From Acidobacteriota bacterium (lineage in GTDB: Bacteria > Acidobacteriota > Vicinamibacteria > Vicinamibacterales > CAVVIG01): 64,000 bases of DNA. Made by a program: the position numbers and the translations under genes. This document shows, piece by piece, positions 40,378 to 49,382 of this stretch (its first letter is position 1; the number at the start of each line of letters is the position of its first letter). The notes under the pieces are model-generated. The model had not been told where the DNA came from, searched no databases, and saw only the letters and a list, made by a program, of their open reading frames with translations. Location: positions 5,277 to 69,276 of the forward strand of contig JADGOC010000002.1 in NCBI GenBank assembly GCA_017883165.1, written 5' to 3'.

Positions 40378-43300
40378 ATGATCAATCGCATCGTCTCCTT
40401 CGCCCTCTCGCAGCGCCTCATCGTCGTGGTGGCGATGATCTGCCTGGGGGTGTGGGGCATCGTGTCGTTCAAGAATCTGCCGATCGATGCCTATCCGGAT
40501 TTGTCTCCGCCCAGGGTCCAGATCGTGACGCAGTGGCCCGGGCACGCGGCCGAGGAGGTCGAACGCCTCATCACGATCCCGCTCGAAGTCGAGATGAACG
40601 GCATCCCAAGGCTCGACGCGCTCCGTTCGATCTCCCTCTACGGTCTGTCGTCGATCACGATGAATTTCCTCTACGACACGGACCCGTACTTCGCGCGCGA
40701 GCAGGCGTTCGAGCGGCTGCCGAACGCGGCGCTGCCGCAGGGCGTCTCCGCCGGCATGTCGCCGCTCTTCAGCCCGAGCGGGCTCATCTATCGTTACGTG
40801 CTGCAGAGCCCGGACCGTTCGGCCCAGGATCTGAAAATCCTCGACGACTGGGTGCTCAACCGGCGCTATCGCGCCATCCAGGGCGTTGCCGACGACTCCG
40901 GACTGGGCGGCGAGACGCTGCAGTACCAGGTGCAGATCGATCCGAATCGCCTGATGTCGTACAACGTCACCGTCCCGCAGATTGTCCAGCAGCTCTCGAA
41001 CAACAACTCGAACTCGGGCGGCGGGTTCTACTCACAAGGCGGGCAGTTCTACTACGTGCGCGGTCTGGGCCTCGTGCGATCGCTCGAGGACATCGGCAAC
41101 ATCGTCATCGCGACGCACAACGGCATTCCCGTCTCGGTCAAGGACGTCGGGCAGGTGACGACGGGGTCCGCGCCGCGTCTCGGACAGTTCGGATACATGC
41201 GCCAGAACGACGCGGTCGAAGGCGTCATCCTGATGCGCGTCGGCGAACAGGCCCAGGTCGTCCTGAAGAAAGTCGAAGAGCTCACCGCGACGCTCAACAA
41301 GAGCGTGCTGCCGCCCGACGTGAAGGTCGTGCCGTTTTACGACCGCACGGACCTGATTCAAGAAACCACCAAGACGGTCGAGCGAAATCTCGTCCGCGGC
41401 ATGATCCTCGTCTTCGTCATCCTGGTCCTTTTTCTCTTCAGCGTGCGTACCGCGCTCATCGTCGCGGTGACCATTCCCTTCGCGCTGCTCTTTTCGTTCA
41501 TCTGTCTCGATTGGGCGCACATTCCGGCCAACCTGCTGTCGATCGGCGCGATCGACTTCGGGATGATCGTTGACGGCGCCGTCGTCATGGTCGAGAACAT
41601 CTTCCGGGAGCTGGCGGCACGCCATGGGCAGAAGTTCGATCTGACCGCCGTCATTCGGTCGGCGGCGAAGGACGTCGAGCGACCCATTTTTTATGCGATT
41701 GCCGTCATCATCGCCGGGTATCTGCCGATCTACGTGCTGACCGGACCCTCGGGCCGGCTGTTCCGGCCGATGGCCGACACGATGGCGTTCGCGCTCGTTG
41801 GATCGCTGCTGTGCTCGCTGACACTGCTGCCGGTGCTCTGCGCGATCTTTCTCCGACGGCACGTCAAGGAGCCGACTATTTCGCTCTACGAGCGCATCCT
41901 GCACGGATACGGCCGCCTGCTCGATGTCAGCCTCCGTCGTCCCACAGCGACGGTGGGGGTCTGCCTCGCCATCTTCGGCGCGTCACTGCTGCTCGTACCG
42001 TTCATCGGAGCGGAATTCATGCCGCACCTCGACGAAGGGGCGCTATGGGTGCGGGCGACGATGCCGTACACGATCTCGTTCGACGAGGCCTCAAAGCTGG
42101 GGCCGCAGGTGCGGAACATTCTGCTGGGCTTCCCGCAGGTGACCACCGTCGCGAACGAGCTCGGCCGGCCCGACGATGGCACCGACCCGATCGGGTTCTT
42201 CAACGACGAATACTTCGTCGGGTTGAAGCCGTACGACGATCCCGTCTGGGGCGGGTCGATTCACACGAAGCCGCAGCTCATCGACGCCATCCAGCAGAAA
42301 CTGCAGGCGTTTCCGGGCATCATCTTCAACTATACCCAGCCGGCCGAGGATGCGGTTGACGAAGCGGAAACCGGGCTGAAGAGCTCGCTCGCCGTGAAGA
42401 TTTACGGATCCGATCTCGCCACACTCGAATCGAAGGCGGAAGCCGTGCAGAAAGTCATCGGCGCGGTTCCGGGTATTTCGGACATCACGGTGGTGCGTGA
42501 GCTCGGCCAGCCGAGCCTGACGATCGAGCCGGACCGGGCGAAGATCGCGCGCTACGGCCTCAACGTCGGCGACATCAACGCGCTGATTGAGACCGCCGTC
42601 GGCGGCGCGCCGGCGACGCAAGTGATTCAGGGCGAGCGGGAGTTCGATCTGATCGTCCGGCTGCAGGAGCCGTACCGGCAGAGCATGGACGCGATCAAGA
42701 ACATCCTGATCGCGACGCCCGACGGGCAGCATCTGCCTCTGAGCCAGTTCGCGGACATCAAGGTGAGCAAGGGCGCGTCGTTCATCTACCGCGAGTCGAA
42801 CTCGCGATTCATCGGCATTCAGTTCAGCGTGGAGGGCCGCGATCTGGCCAGCGCCGTGGCCGACGCTCAGAAACAGGTGAGCGCCGCGGTCCCGCTGCCG
42901 ACGGGATACACCTACGACTGGGGCGGCGAATACAAGGAGTACCTCGCCGCGCGCGCGCAGATGGCGGTGATCCTGCCGCTGACGGTCGTGCTGATCCTGC
43001 TGATCCTGTTCGCGCTCTACGGCAACCTGAAGTTCCCGATGATCATCGTATTCAGCGTCCTCGTGACGGTTCCGGTCGGCGGGCTGCTCGCGCTCAAGCT
43101 GACGGGCACCAACTTCAGCGTGTCGTCGGGATTCGGATTCGTGGCGCTGATGGGCGTGGCCGTGCAAACCAGCGTCATCCTGTACTCCTTCATCAACAAG
43201 CTGCGTCTCGAGGGGAGGGACATCAAGACGGCCACGCACGAGGCGTCATTGCTGCGCCTGCGCCCGATCATGATGACGGCGCTCGTCGCGTGCATCGGTT

Positions 43301-43461
43301 TGCTCCCGGCGGCGATGTCCACCGGCATTGGCAGCGATTCGCAGAAGCCCTTCGCCATCGTGGTGGTCGGCGGCCTCGTCTCGCGCCTCGCCCTGTCGAT
43401 CTTCCTCGCGCCCGTCCTCTACGCGCTGGTCGCTCGCGATGACGACGTGCTCAAGGTATGA
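40378..43461 (+). CDS. CusA/CzcA family heavy-metal efflux RND transporter
   Basis: 1027 aa, 12-TM RND architecture. N-terminus MINRIVSFALSQRLIVVV...YPDLSPPRVQIVTQWPG is typical of the HME-RND subfamily. Confidence 0.92.
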   Translation: MINRIVSFALSQRLIVVVAMICLGVWGIVSFKNLPIDAYPDLSPPRVQIVTQWPGHAAEEVERLITIPLEVEMNGIPRLDALRSISLYGLSSITMNFLYDTDPYFAREQAFERLPNAALPQGVSAGMSPLFSPSGLIYRYVLQSPDRSAQDLKILDDWVLNRRYRAIQGVADDSGLGGETLQYQVQIDPNRLMSYNVTVPQIVQQLSNNNSNSGGGFYSQGGQFYYVRGLGLVRSLEDIGNIVIATHNGIPVSVKDVGQVTTGSAPRLGQFGYMRQNDAVEGVILMRVGEQAQVVLKKVEELTATLNKSVLPPDVKVVPFYDRTDLIQETTKTVERNLVRGMILVFVILVLFLFSVRTALIVAVTIPFALLFSFICLDWAHIPANLLSIGAIDFGMIVDGAVVMVENIFRELAARHGQKFDLTAVIRSAAKDVERPIFYAIAVIIAGYLPIYVLTGPSGRLFRPMADTMAFALVGSLLCSLTLLPVLCAIFLRRHVKEPTISLYERILHGYGRLLDVSLRRPTATVGVCLAIFGASLLLVPFIGAEFMPHLDEGALWVRATMPYTISFDEASKLGPQVRNILLGFPQVTTVANELGRPDDGTDPIGFFNDEYFVGLKPYDDPVWGGSIHTKPQLIDAIQQKLQAFPGIIFNYTQPAEDAVDEAETGLKSSLAVKIYGSDLATLESKAEAVQKVIGAVPGISDITVVRELGQPSLTIEPDRAKIARYGLNVGDINALIETAVGGAPATQVIQGEREFDLIVRLQEPYRQSMDAIKNILIATPDGQHLPLSQFADIKVSKGASFIYRESNSRFIGIQFSVEGRDLASAVADAQKQVSAAVPLPTGYTYDWGGEYKEYLAARAQMAVILPLTVVLILLILFALYGNLKFPMIIVFSVLVTVPVGGLLALKLTGTNFSVSSGFGFVALMGVAVQTSVILYSFINKLRLEGRDIKTATHEASLLRLRPIMMTALVACIGLLPAAMSTGIGSDSQKPFAIVVVGGLVSRLALSIFLAPVLYALVARDDDVLKV

Positions 43462-43760
43462 CGTGCCGGCACTGCGGAGCGGAGATCGCCGACAAGGCGC
43501 TCATCTGCTATCGCTGCGGCACCGCCACGACCGAGCCGGCGTTCAAGCCTCCGTCGAAGCCGCGCCGCGCGTCGTCTCCAGGGTCTCTCAGCCTGGTCGT
43601 GGGGGTCGTCGCGCTCGGCCTGGTCATCATCCTCGCGCTCTCCGCCGCGCTGTACGTCGGCCGTGTGCCGGCCGCACAGACCCCGCGGTTCCTCAGCGCG
43701 ATCGCGGTGTCGGTCGCCGTGGTCGTTGTCGTCCTGCGCGCGTACCTGCGCCGACGCTGA
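43458..43760 (+). CDS. zinc-ribbon domain membrane protein
   Basis: ATGA-coupled to the RND gene. N-terminal CRHCGAEI...CYRCG ribbon followed by two TM segments. Confidence 0.6.
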   Translation: MTCRHCGAEIADKALICYRCGTATTEPAFKPPSKPRRASSPGSLSLVVGVVALGLVIILALSAALYVGRVPAAQTPRFLSAIAVSVAVVVVVLRAYLRRR

Positions 43761-43791
43761 GGCGCCCGGCTCCCGTGCGATAATCGCCGAT

Positions 43792-44064
43792 ATGACGCGT
43801 GTGCGCATCGCAGCGGCCCTGTGGATCGCGCTCGCCATCGTCGTCTGGAACGTCGTGCTCGACCAGGTCATCGTGCTCGCGGGACGGCAGTACATCATCG
43901 AGGCCCTCGCGTCGGCCCAGAGCATGGGTCCGTATGTGCGCATCAACGACTGGATGCGCCCGGCGGTCGCGCGCGGATTCTGGCTCGCGAATGCCGCCGC
44001 GGCGGTGATTCTGGCGGTCGGCTTTTTCGCCTTACGCCAGGCCACGCGTTCGCGTCGAACTTAA
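43792..44064 (+). CDS. small two-TM hypothetical membrane protein
   Basis: 90-aa ORF from ATG 43792 with two hydrophobic helices (AAALWIALAIVVWNVVL; FWLANAAAAVILAVGFFAL). Coding call based on position and hydrophobicity only. Confidence 0.45.
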   Translation: MTRVRIAAALWIALAIVVWNVVLDQVIVLAGRQYIIEALASAQSMGPYVRINDWMRPAVARGFWLANAAAAVILAVGFFALRQATRSRRT

Positions 44065-44078
44065 CAGCAGGTGCCGTT

Positions 44079-45311
44079 GTGCGCGTTGTCCCTCATCCGC
44101 TGATTTACGACTGGAATCGCGACGCAACCGTGACCACGGGCCCGCGTCCCGTCGCGATGCTCGACGATGAGACGCTCCGGGACGGGCTGCAGTCGCCGTC
44201 GATTCGCAACCCGACCATCGACGAGAAGATCGACATCCTGCGCCGGATGAACGTCCTCGGTATCGACACCGCGGATCTGGGATTGCCGGGCGCGGGCCCG
44301 AAAGTGGCCGCCGACGTCGAGCGGCTCGCGCGCGCGATCGCCGACGAGCACCTGAGGATCGGCGCGAACTGCGCGGCGCGGACGGTCATCGCCGACATCA
44401 CGCCAATCGTCGAGATCAGCCAGCGGACCGGCGTCGCGATCGAGGTCGGCGCCTTCATCGGATCGAGCCCGATCCGTCAGTACGCGGAAGGGTGGACGAT
44501 CGACTACCTGCTGCGCCACACGGAGGAGGCCATCGGGTTCGCGGTGAAGGAAGGGCTTTCGGTGATGTATGTCACCGAAGACACGACGCGCGCCGATCCG
44601 GAATCGATTCGCCGGTTGTATACGGCGGCGATTCGCGCGGGCGCGTCGCGCGTGTGCATCGCCGACACGGTGGGGCATGCCACGCCCAGCGGCGCCACAG
44701 CGGTGGTCTCGTTCGTCAAGACGATGTTCGAGGAGATGGGCGTCGCGATCGGCATCGACTGGCACGGACACCGGGACCGCGGCCTCGACGTCAGCTGCGC
44801 GCTGGCCGCGCTCGAGGCCGGCGCAACGCGCCTGCACGGGGCGGCGCTCGGCATCGGCGAGCGCTGCGGCAACACGCCGATGGATCTGCTGCTCGTCAAC
44901 CTCGCCATGCTCGGCTACCTCGATCGCGATTTGACGACGCTCGGCGCGTATTGCGAGGCGGTGTCGCGCGCGTGCGACGTCCCGATTCCGGCGAACTATC
45001 CGGTGGTGGGCGCCGACGCATTCCGCACGGCCACCGGCGTCCACGCGGCGGCCGTGGTCAAGGCGTTTCGCAAAGGTGATCGCGCGTTGATGGATGCGGT
45101 CTACTCGGGTGTGCCCGCGAGCCTAGTCGGCCGCGAGCAGGAAATCGAAATCGGCCCGATGTCGGGGAAATCGAACGTGATCTTCTGGCTCGAGAGCCGG
45201 GGCCTGACGGCCGACGAGGCGACGGTCGACCGGATCTTCGCCGCCGCGAAAGCGTCGAACCGGACGCTGACGCACGACCAGATCCAGGCCATCATCGCCA
45301 AGTCCGGCTGA
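44079..45311 (+). CDS. HMGL-like 2-isopropylmalate/homocitrate synthase family protein (short, LeuA2-like)
   Basis: LDDETLRDGLQSP, IADTVGHATP, WHGHRDRGLDVSCALAALEAGA, GIGERCGNTPMD and TATGVHAAA motifs. GTG 44079. About 410 aa with no regulatory domain. Confidence 0.8.
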   Translation: MRVVPHPLIYDWNRDATVTTGPRPVAMLDDETLRDGLQSPSIRNPTIDEKIDILRRMNVLGIDTADLGLPGAGPKVAADVERLARAIADEHLRIGANCAARTVIADITPIVEISQRTGVAIEVGAFIGSSPIRQYAEGWTIDYLLRHTEEAIGFAVKEGLSVMYVTEDTTRADPESIRRLYTAAIRAGASRVCIADTVGHATPSGATAVVSFVKTMFEEMGVAIGIDWHGHRDRGLDVSCALAALEAGATRLHGAALGIGERCGNTPMDLLLVNLAMLGYLDRDLTTLGAYCEAVSRACDVPIPANYPVVGADAFRTATGVHAAAVVKAFRKGDRALMDAVYSGVPASLVGREQEIEIGPMSGKSNVIFWLESRGLTADEATVDRIFAAAKASNRTLTHDQIQAIIAKSG

Positions 45312-45343
45312 AGCCGGACGCCACCGCCCACGCCTGACCGGCG

Positions 45344-46480
45344 CTACTTGGTGAGGATGTCCTCGAAGAACTTCACGGCCCGCGGGTCCTTCGACTGTCC
45401 GAGCCAGAACATCGCCTGCTTCCGCACTTCGGCATTCTTGTTGGTTCGCGCGACCTGGATCAGCATTGGGACGCCTTCTTCTTTCGGCAACTGACTCAAC
45501 GCGAAGACCGCCTTTTTCTTGACCTCGGTCTCCGGATCGTTGTCGATGGCGCCGGCGATCGCGGCCACCGCCTGCTGGCCGGCCTTGTGCGCGAGCCAGA
45601 AGAGCGCCTGGCCACGCACGTGCGGGCTCTTGTCGTCGCGCGCCGCGTCGATGAGCGTTGTGAGCGCCGACGGCTGTTTGCTCACCGAGAGGCCGAACAC
45701 CGCTTTGTCGCGCACGTTCTCGCTCGGGTCCTGCGCGATCATGCGCGTCAGGACGCGGGCGCCGCCTTCGCCGCGCGCGCTGCCGAGCCAGAAGGCCGTT
45801 TCGCTGCGCTGCCATTCGGGCCGGCCGGGTGCCGCGAGGCTGTCGAGCGCCCGGTCGGCGGCCGGCGCGTTGTGCATCGCGATGGCGGCGATCGCCGTCC
45901 TGCCGACGCGCTCGTGAATCTCGCCGCTGTCGGGCGCAGACGCCACGAGTTGCTCCAGCCAGGCGATCGAGTCGTCCGGCTTGACGCCGGTCAGCCAGAC
46001 GAGCGGCATCCCTCCACCGTCGATATCGCAATCGGGCGTGAAGGTGCGCAGCCGCATCACGGCGCCAGACTCGACGCGTGCGAGGACGAGAAACTCGGTC
46101 GGCGGCTCGAGCGACACGCGCGACTCGCTCTGGTTCCCGGAGGTCATCGTGACGCCGCTGCCGCCCTCGAGCCGGCACCGGCCGCAGCAGCTCCCTGCGT
46201 CGGAGACCGAGTCGTAGCAGCACATGTGCCGAGGCCCGGCGACGATCGGCGCGCGGTAGCCGATCCAGGTCGCGCCGCCGCGCGCCGCCACGTTCTGCAC
46301 CTCGCGCTCGAGGCTCTGAGTGACGGCTCGCGTCTCGGTGTTCGCGTTGCTGATGCGTCCCTGCGCCCCGGCATGAGGCACCGCGGCACCCAGCACAGCA
46401 CCCAGCACCGCGGCACCCAGCACAGCACGCCGCACTGCAGCACCTTGCACCACGGCACCTTGCCCGTGCCCCGTCGTCAT
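45344..46480 (-). CDS. HEAT repeat domain-containing protein with N-terminal Cys cluster
   Basis: C-terminal HEAT/PBS-lyase-like repeats (VRDKAVFGLS, PHVRGQALFWLA, EVKKKAVFALSQL, AEVRKQAMFWLGQ). CC-x9-CC-x2-C motif at residues 87-102. 4-nt overlap with the upstream HEAT gene. Confidence 0.75.
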   Translation of the reverse strand: MTTGHGQGAVVQGAAVRRAVLGAAVLGAVLGAAVPHAGAQGRISNANTETRAVTQSLEREVQNVAARGGATWIGYRAPIVAGPRHMCCYDSVSDAGSCCGRCRLEGGSGVTMTSGNQSESRVSLEPPTEFLVLARVESGAVMRLRTFTPDCDIDGGGMPLVWLTGVKPDDSIAWLEQLVASAPDSGEIHERVGRTAIAAIAMHNAPAADRALDSLAAPGRPEWQRSETAFWLGSARGEGGARVLTRMIAQDPSENVRDKAVFGLSVSKQPSALTTLIDAARDDKSPHVRGQALFWLAHKAGQQAVAAIAGAIDNDPETEVKKKAVFALSQLPKEEGVPMLIQVARTNKNAEVRKQAMFWLGQSKDPRAVKFFEDILTK

Positions 46481-47910
46481 TTCAGGAGCTCCAGCAGATA
46501 ATCCTGTGCTTCCTTCGATTTCGGCATCATCGAGAGCTTGGAGACGATGTCCTTCTTCATCTCCATGTTCTTCTCGGCGCGCGCGATGTCGACGAGCGCC
46601 TTGCCGTTCTGCTGCACGAACAGCGACGTGACAATCGTCTGGCGCACCTCGATGTTGGCGTCCGACGCGTAGATCGCCACCAGGGCGTCGCTCGTCTCCG
46701 TGCGGCGCATGTTGCCGAGGTTGCGGATCGCCGTCTTGCGCAGCTCGGGGTCCTTCTCGGTCTTTGCCAGCTCGATCAGCTTGTCGGCGTAGCCGCCGAT
46801 GAACATGCCCTGCAGGATTTGCTTCTTCACGTCGAGCGACTGCTCGCTCTGATACAACTCCGCGAGCTCCGCTCCCGCGCGCATGTTCCCCAATTGCCGC
46901 ACCGCTTCGCCGCGCAGCGCGTCATCTTTTTCCCCCTTGGCGAGCGCCAGCAGCCGCGCGTGATCGTTCGACGTCATGAAGCTGCGGATGATGGCGCGCT
47001 TCACCGCGGGATCGGGCGTCGCGCGGTAGGCCTCGTCCAGAATCTGCCGGTTCTCGGCGCTGTTCATCGCGCCGAGAAAGCGGATCGCCCGCAGTTGCAG
47101 GTCGGGATTCGATCCGCCCTTGGCGACGCCGGCGATGATCTCGCGGGCGCGCGCCGATCGGCTCTGCGTGAGGACAAAGAGGGCGTTCTCCTTCACTTTG
47201 ATCGAGCTGGTGCCGGCCAGGAGCTTCTCGATCATCGGCAGCGCGCGTTCGGGATCGCTCTGCATCAGCCCGCGAAGCGCGAGGAGCTTCAGTTCCTCGT
47301 CGTTCTCGCTTTCGGGCGACACCGCCTGGCCCGACGCCTGCCGGAGCTCGACCTCGAGCGCCTTGGCGTCCTTGAGCCATTTGCTGTCTTTGAAGCGCTT
47401 TGCGAGGTCCGCGGCGGCGGCCAGCGCCTCGGTGCGCTGGCCGATCTTGGCCAGGCTGTACACCTTCCAGTAGAGCGCCGCGTCGGCACGCGCGCCGTTC
47501 ATGGCCAGGATCCGGTTGAGATCGTCGAGGGCGCGCTCGTATCGTCCGTTCTCGATCGCGTCGCGCGCGCGGTCGTACAGCTGATCTTCCTGGTCATCGC
47601 CGGCGAGCCTGGCTAGAGGCGCGAGCGCGCGCGCCGAGTCCAGGGCGAACCGCGCCTCGTCCATCGCCGTCGCGATCGCCATCGGGGCGAAATCCGGCAG
47701 AGGCGGCATCGCCGGAATGAACGGCATCACCGGCCATTCCGGCATCGGCGCCATGGGCGGCATCGGCGGCATCGGCGGGACGATCGCCGCCGGCGCCACC
47801 GGGGCGGCGGGTGGTACCGGCGGGATCCCCTGGCCCGCGTCTGCACGCGCCGCGCCGAGCGTGGCGATTCCGATCACGGTCCCACACACAATCTGTTTCA
47901 GCATGCTCAT
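46477..47910 (-). CDS. HEAT/TPR repeat protein with Met/Pro-rich N-terminal region
   Basis: Signal peptide. PPMPPMPPMAPMPEWPVMPFIPAMPPLP tract. One TPR-like unit, then repeated HEAT-like units (VKENALFVLTQS, LQLRAIRFLG, ALRGEAVRQLGN, ELRKTAIRNLGN, EVRQTIVTSL). Confidence 0.75.
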   Translation of the reverse strand: MSMLKQIVCGTVIGIATLGAARADAGQGIPPVPPAAPVAPAAIVPPMPPMPPMAPMPEWPVMPFIPAMPPLPDFAPMAIATAMDEARFALDSARALAPLARLAGDDQEDQLYDRARDAIENGRYERALDDLNRILAMNGARADAALYWKVYSLAKIGQRTEALAAAADLAKRFKDSKWLKDAKALEVELRQASGQAVSPESENDEELKLLALRGLMQSDPERALPMIEKLLAGTSSIKVKENALFVLTQSRSARAREIIAGVAKGGSNPDLQLRAIRFLGAMNSAENRQILDEAYRATPDPAVKRAIIRSFMTSNDHARLLALAKGEKDDALRGEAVRQLGNMRAGAELAELYQSEQSLDVKKQILQGMFIGGYADKLIELAKTEKDPELRKTAIRNLGNMRRTETSDALVAIYASDANIEVRQTIVTSLFVQQNGKALVDIARAEKNMEMKKDIVSKLSMMPKSKEAQDYLLELLK

Positions 47911-48695
47911 GTCGTCTTCCTGGGTGGCGCGGGCGCGGTCTCGCGCTCGCGAAGTTCATCGTGAAGGACACGTACTTTGAAGAGGAGCGCGGCCGCATCG
48001 AGGCGGACGCGCAGTTGGTCGAGTTGGGCCGGCGTCAGCGTCGACGGCCCGTGCACGATTTCCAGCAGATTCCGCTCGAGCTCGTCGAGCACGTCGGCCA
48101 CCATCGTGTCGCCATCGCGGATCGCCGCCTGGCGATAGAGGCGGTTGGCATCGACCAGGTCCGCCGCCCACGCCTGCGCATCGCTGACGTCGATGCGCGC
48201 GCCGCCCGCATTCACGACATCGAGCAGCACGCGCTCGGATCGCTCCAGGTGATCGCTGATGGCCGCCAGTCGCACGCGCGTGCCCGCCTCGTTCGACGCG
48301 TCGGCCGCCTGCACACCACTCGGACGCTCCGCAGCCGGCTGCTGCCAGAGGCGGCCCGCCACAAACGCCGCGAGGAGGACAACCGAAAACGCCGCGGCGG
48401 CGGCGGCGAGGGCGAGGCGATCCGCTCGGAACCAGGCCGTCCACGTTGCCCACGCCGTCCACGGGGGCGTCTCCTGCAACGGCATCTGGTGCCGGATCCG
48501 CTGCCACACCTCGAGGCCGTACCGATCGTCGCGGTCGGGAATCTCCGGCGCGACGACCAGCGACAGCGTGCCGGCAAGCTGCCGGTAGGCCGTCGCGCAG
48601 TCGCCGCACGCACCGAGGTGCTGCTCGATGTCGGCGCGGCGGCGCGCCTCGCCGTAGTAGTACAGAATCAGATCGTCTTCGGTGTAATGCGTCAC
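47907..48695 (-). CDS. anti-sigma factor (zf-HC2-type), single-pass membrane
   Basis: GTGA overlap with the sigma gene. N-terminal H-x3-C-x2-C motif (EQHLGACGDCATAY). Central TM segment (LALAAAAAAFSVVLLAAFVAG). Confidence 0.8.
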   Translation of the reverse strand: MTHYTEDDLILYYYGEARRRADIEQHLGACGDCATAYRQLAGTLSLVVAPEIPDRDDRYGLEVWQRIRHQMPLQETPPWTAWATWTAWFRADRLALAAAAAAFSVVLLAAFVAGRLWQQPAAERPSGVQAADASNEAGTRVRLAAISDHLERSERVLLDVVNAGGARIDVSDAQAWAADLVDANRLYRQAAIRDGDTMVADVLDELERNLLEIVHGPSTLTPAQLDQLRVRLDAAALLFKVRVLHDELRERETAPAPPRKTT

Positions 48696-49264
48696 GACTG
48701 GAGGCTCCGTACCGGCTCGAGGGCGATTCTGAGTTTCTTCACCGCGCGAAAGACGCTGTGTTTCGCCGCGCTTGTGCCGAGACCGAGCGCGCGGCTGATC
48801 TCGTCGATCGATCGACCTTCGTAGTGGCGCAGCGTGAACGCCGCGCGCTCGAGTGGGCTGAGCGCCTCGAGCGCGCGCGCGACGCGGCGCTGAATCTCCG
48901 CGCTGCCGGCCATCCGCTCCGGGTCGGGCAGCTCCGATGTCGTCGTGTCGGCCGCCTCGTCCAGCGGCTCGGCGCGCGATTGGTCGTGGCGGGCCTGCTT
49001 GGAGCGCATCAGATCGACCGCGCAGTTCGCCGTGATGCGATACAGCCACGTCCCGAAATGGGCCCGCGACTCGAAGCGCCCCAGCTGCCGATACGCGCGA
49101 AGAAAGCTCTCCTGGACGACATCCTCGGCATCCTGTGCATTCCCGGTCATGCGAAACGCCAACCGAAACACGCTCCGGCTGTGCTGTTCCACCAGGGCGC
49201 GAAAGGCCTCGCCGTCGCCCTGGCGGGCACGGGCCAGGACGGCTGCTGCATCGCTCGCGTCCAT
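48692..49264 (-). CDS. ECF (sigma-70 family group 4) RNA polymerase sigma factor
   Basis: Region 2 (DAEDVVQESFLRAY..FGTWLYRITANCAVD) and region 4 (ERAAFTLRHYEGRSIDEISRALGLGTSAAKHSVFRA). ATG 49264 preferred; GTG 49273 is possible. Confidence 0.9.
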   Translation of the reverse strand: MDASDAAAVLARARQGDGEAFRALVEQHSRSVFRLAFRMTGNAQDAEDVVQESFLRAYRQLGRFESRAHFGTWLYRITANCAVDLMRSKQARHDQSRAEPLDEAADTTTSELPDPERMAGSAEIQRRVARALEALSPLERAAFTLRHYEGRSIDEISRALGLGTSAAKHSVFRAVKKLRIALEPVRSLQS

Positions 49265-49273
49265 CTGATCCAC

Positions 49274-49300
49274 TTAGACGGAGTGTAATGTCTTCGGTTA
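49274..49300 (-). promoter_or_regulatory. ECF-type promoter (TAACC -35, 16-nt spacer, CGTCTAA -10) for the sigma/anti-sigma/HEAT operon
   Basis: Minus strand reads cTAACCgaagacattacactcCGTCTAAgtggatcagATG. The -10 element ends 9 nt before ATG 49264. Confidence 0.4.
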
Positions 49301-49349
49301 GTGGGGGTTCGGAGGTGCCGGGTGCGGTAACCTCCTGACTCTGAAGCCT

Positions 49350-49377
49350 CCAACATTTGCGCTCTCCGGAGCGTCTA
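49350..49377 (+). promoter_or_regulatory. ECF-type promoter (CCAAC -35, 17-nt spacer, CGTCTA -10) for the second sigma operon
   Basis: Plus strand reads tCCAACatttgcgctctccggagCGTCTAccggaATGATG. The -10 element ends 5 nt before ATG 49383 and 8 nt before ATG 49386. Confidence 0.4.
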
Positions 49378-49382
49378 CCGGA

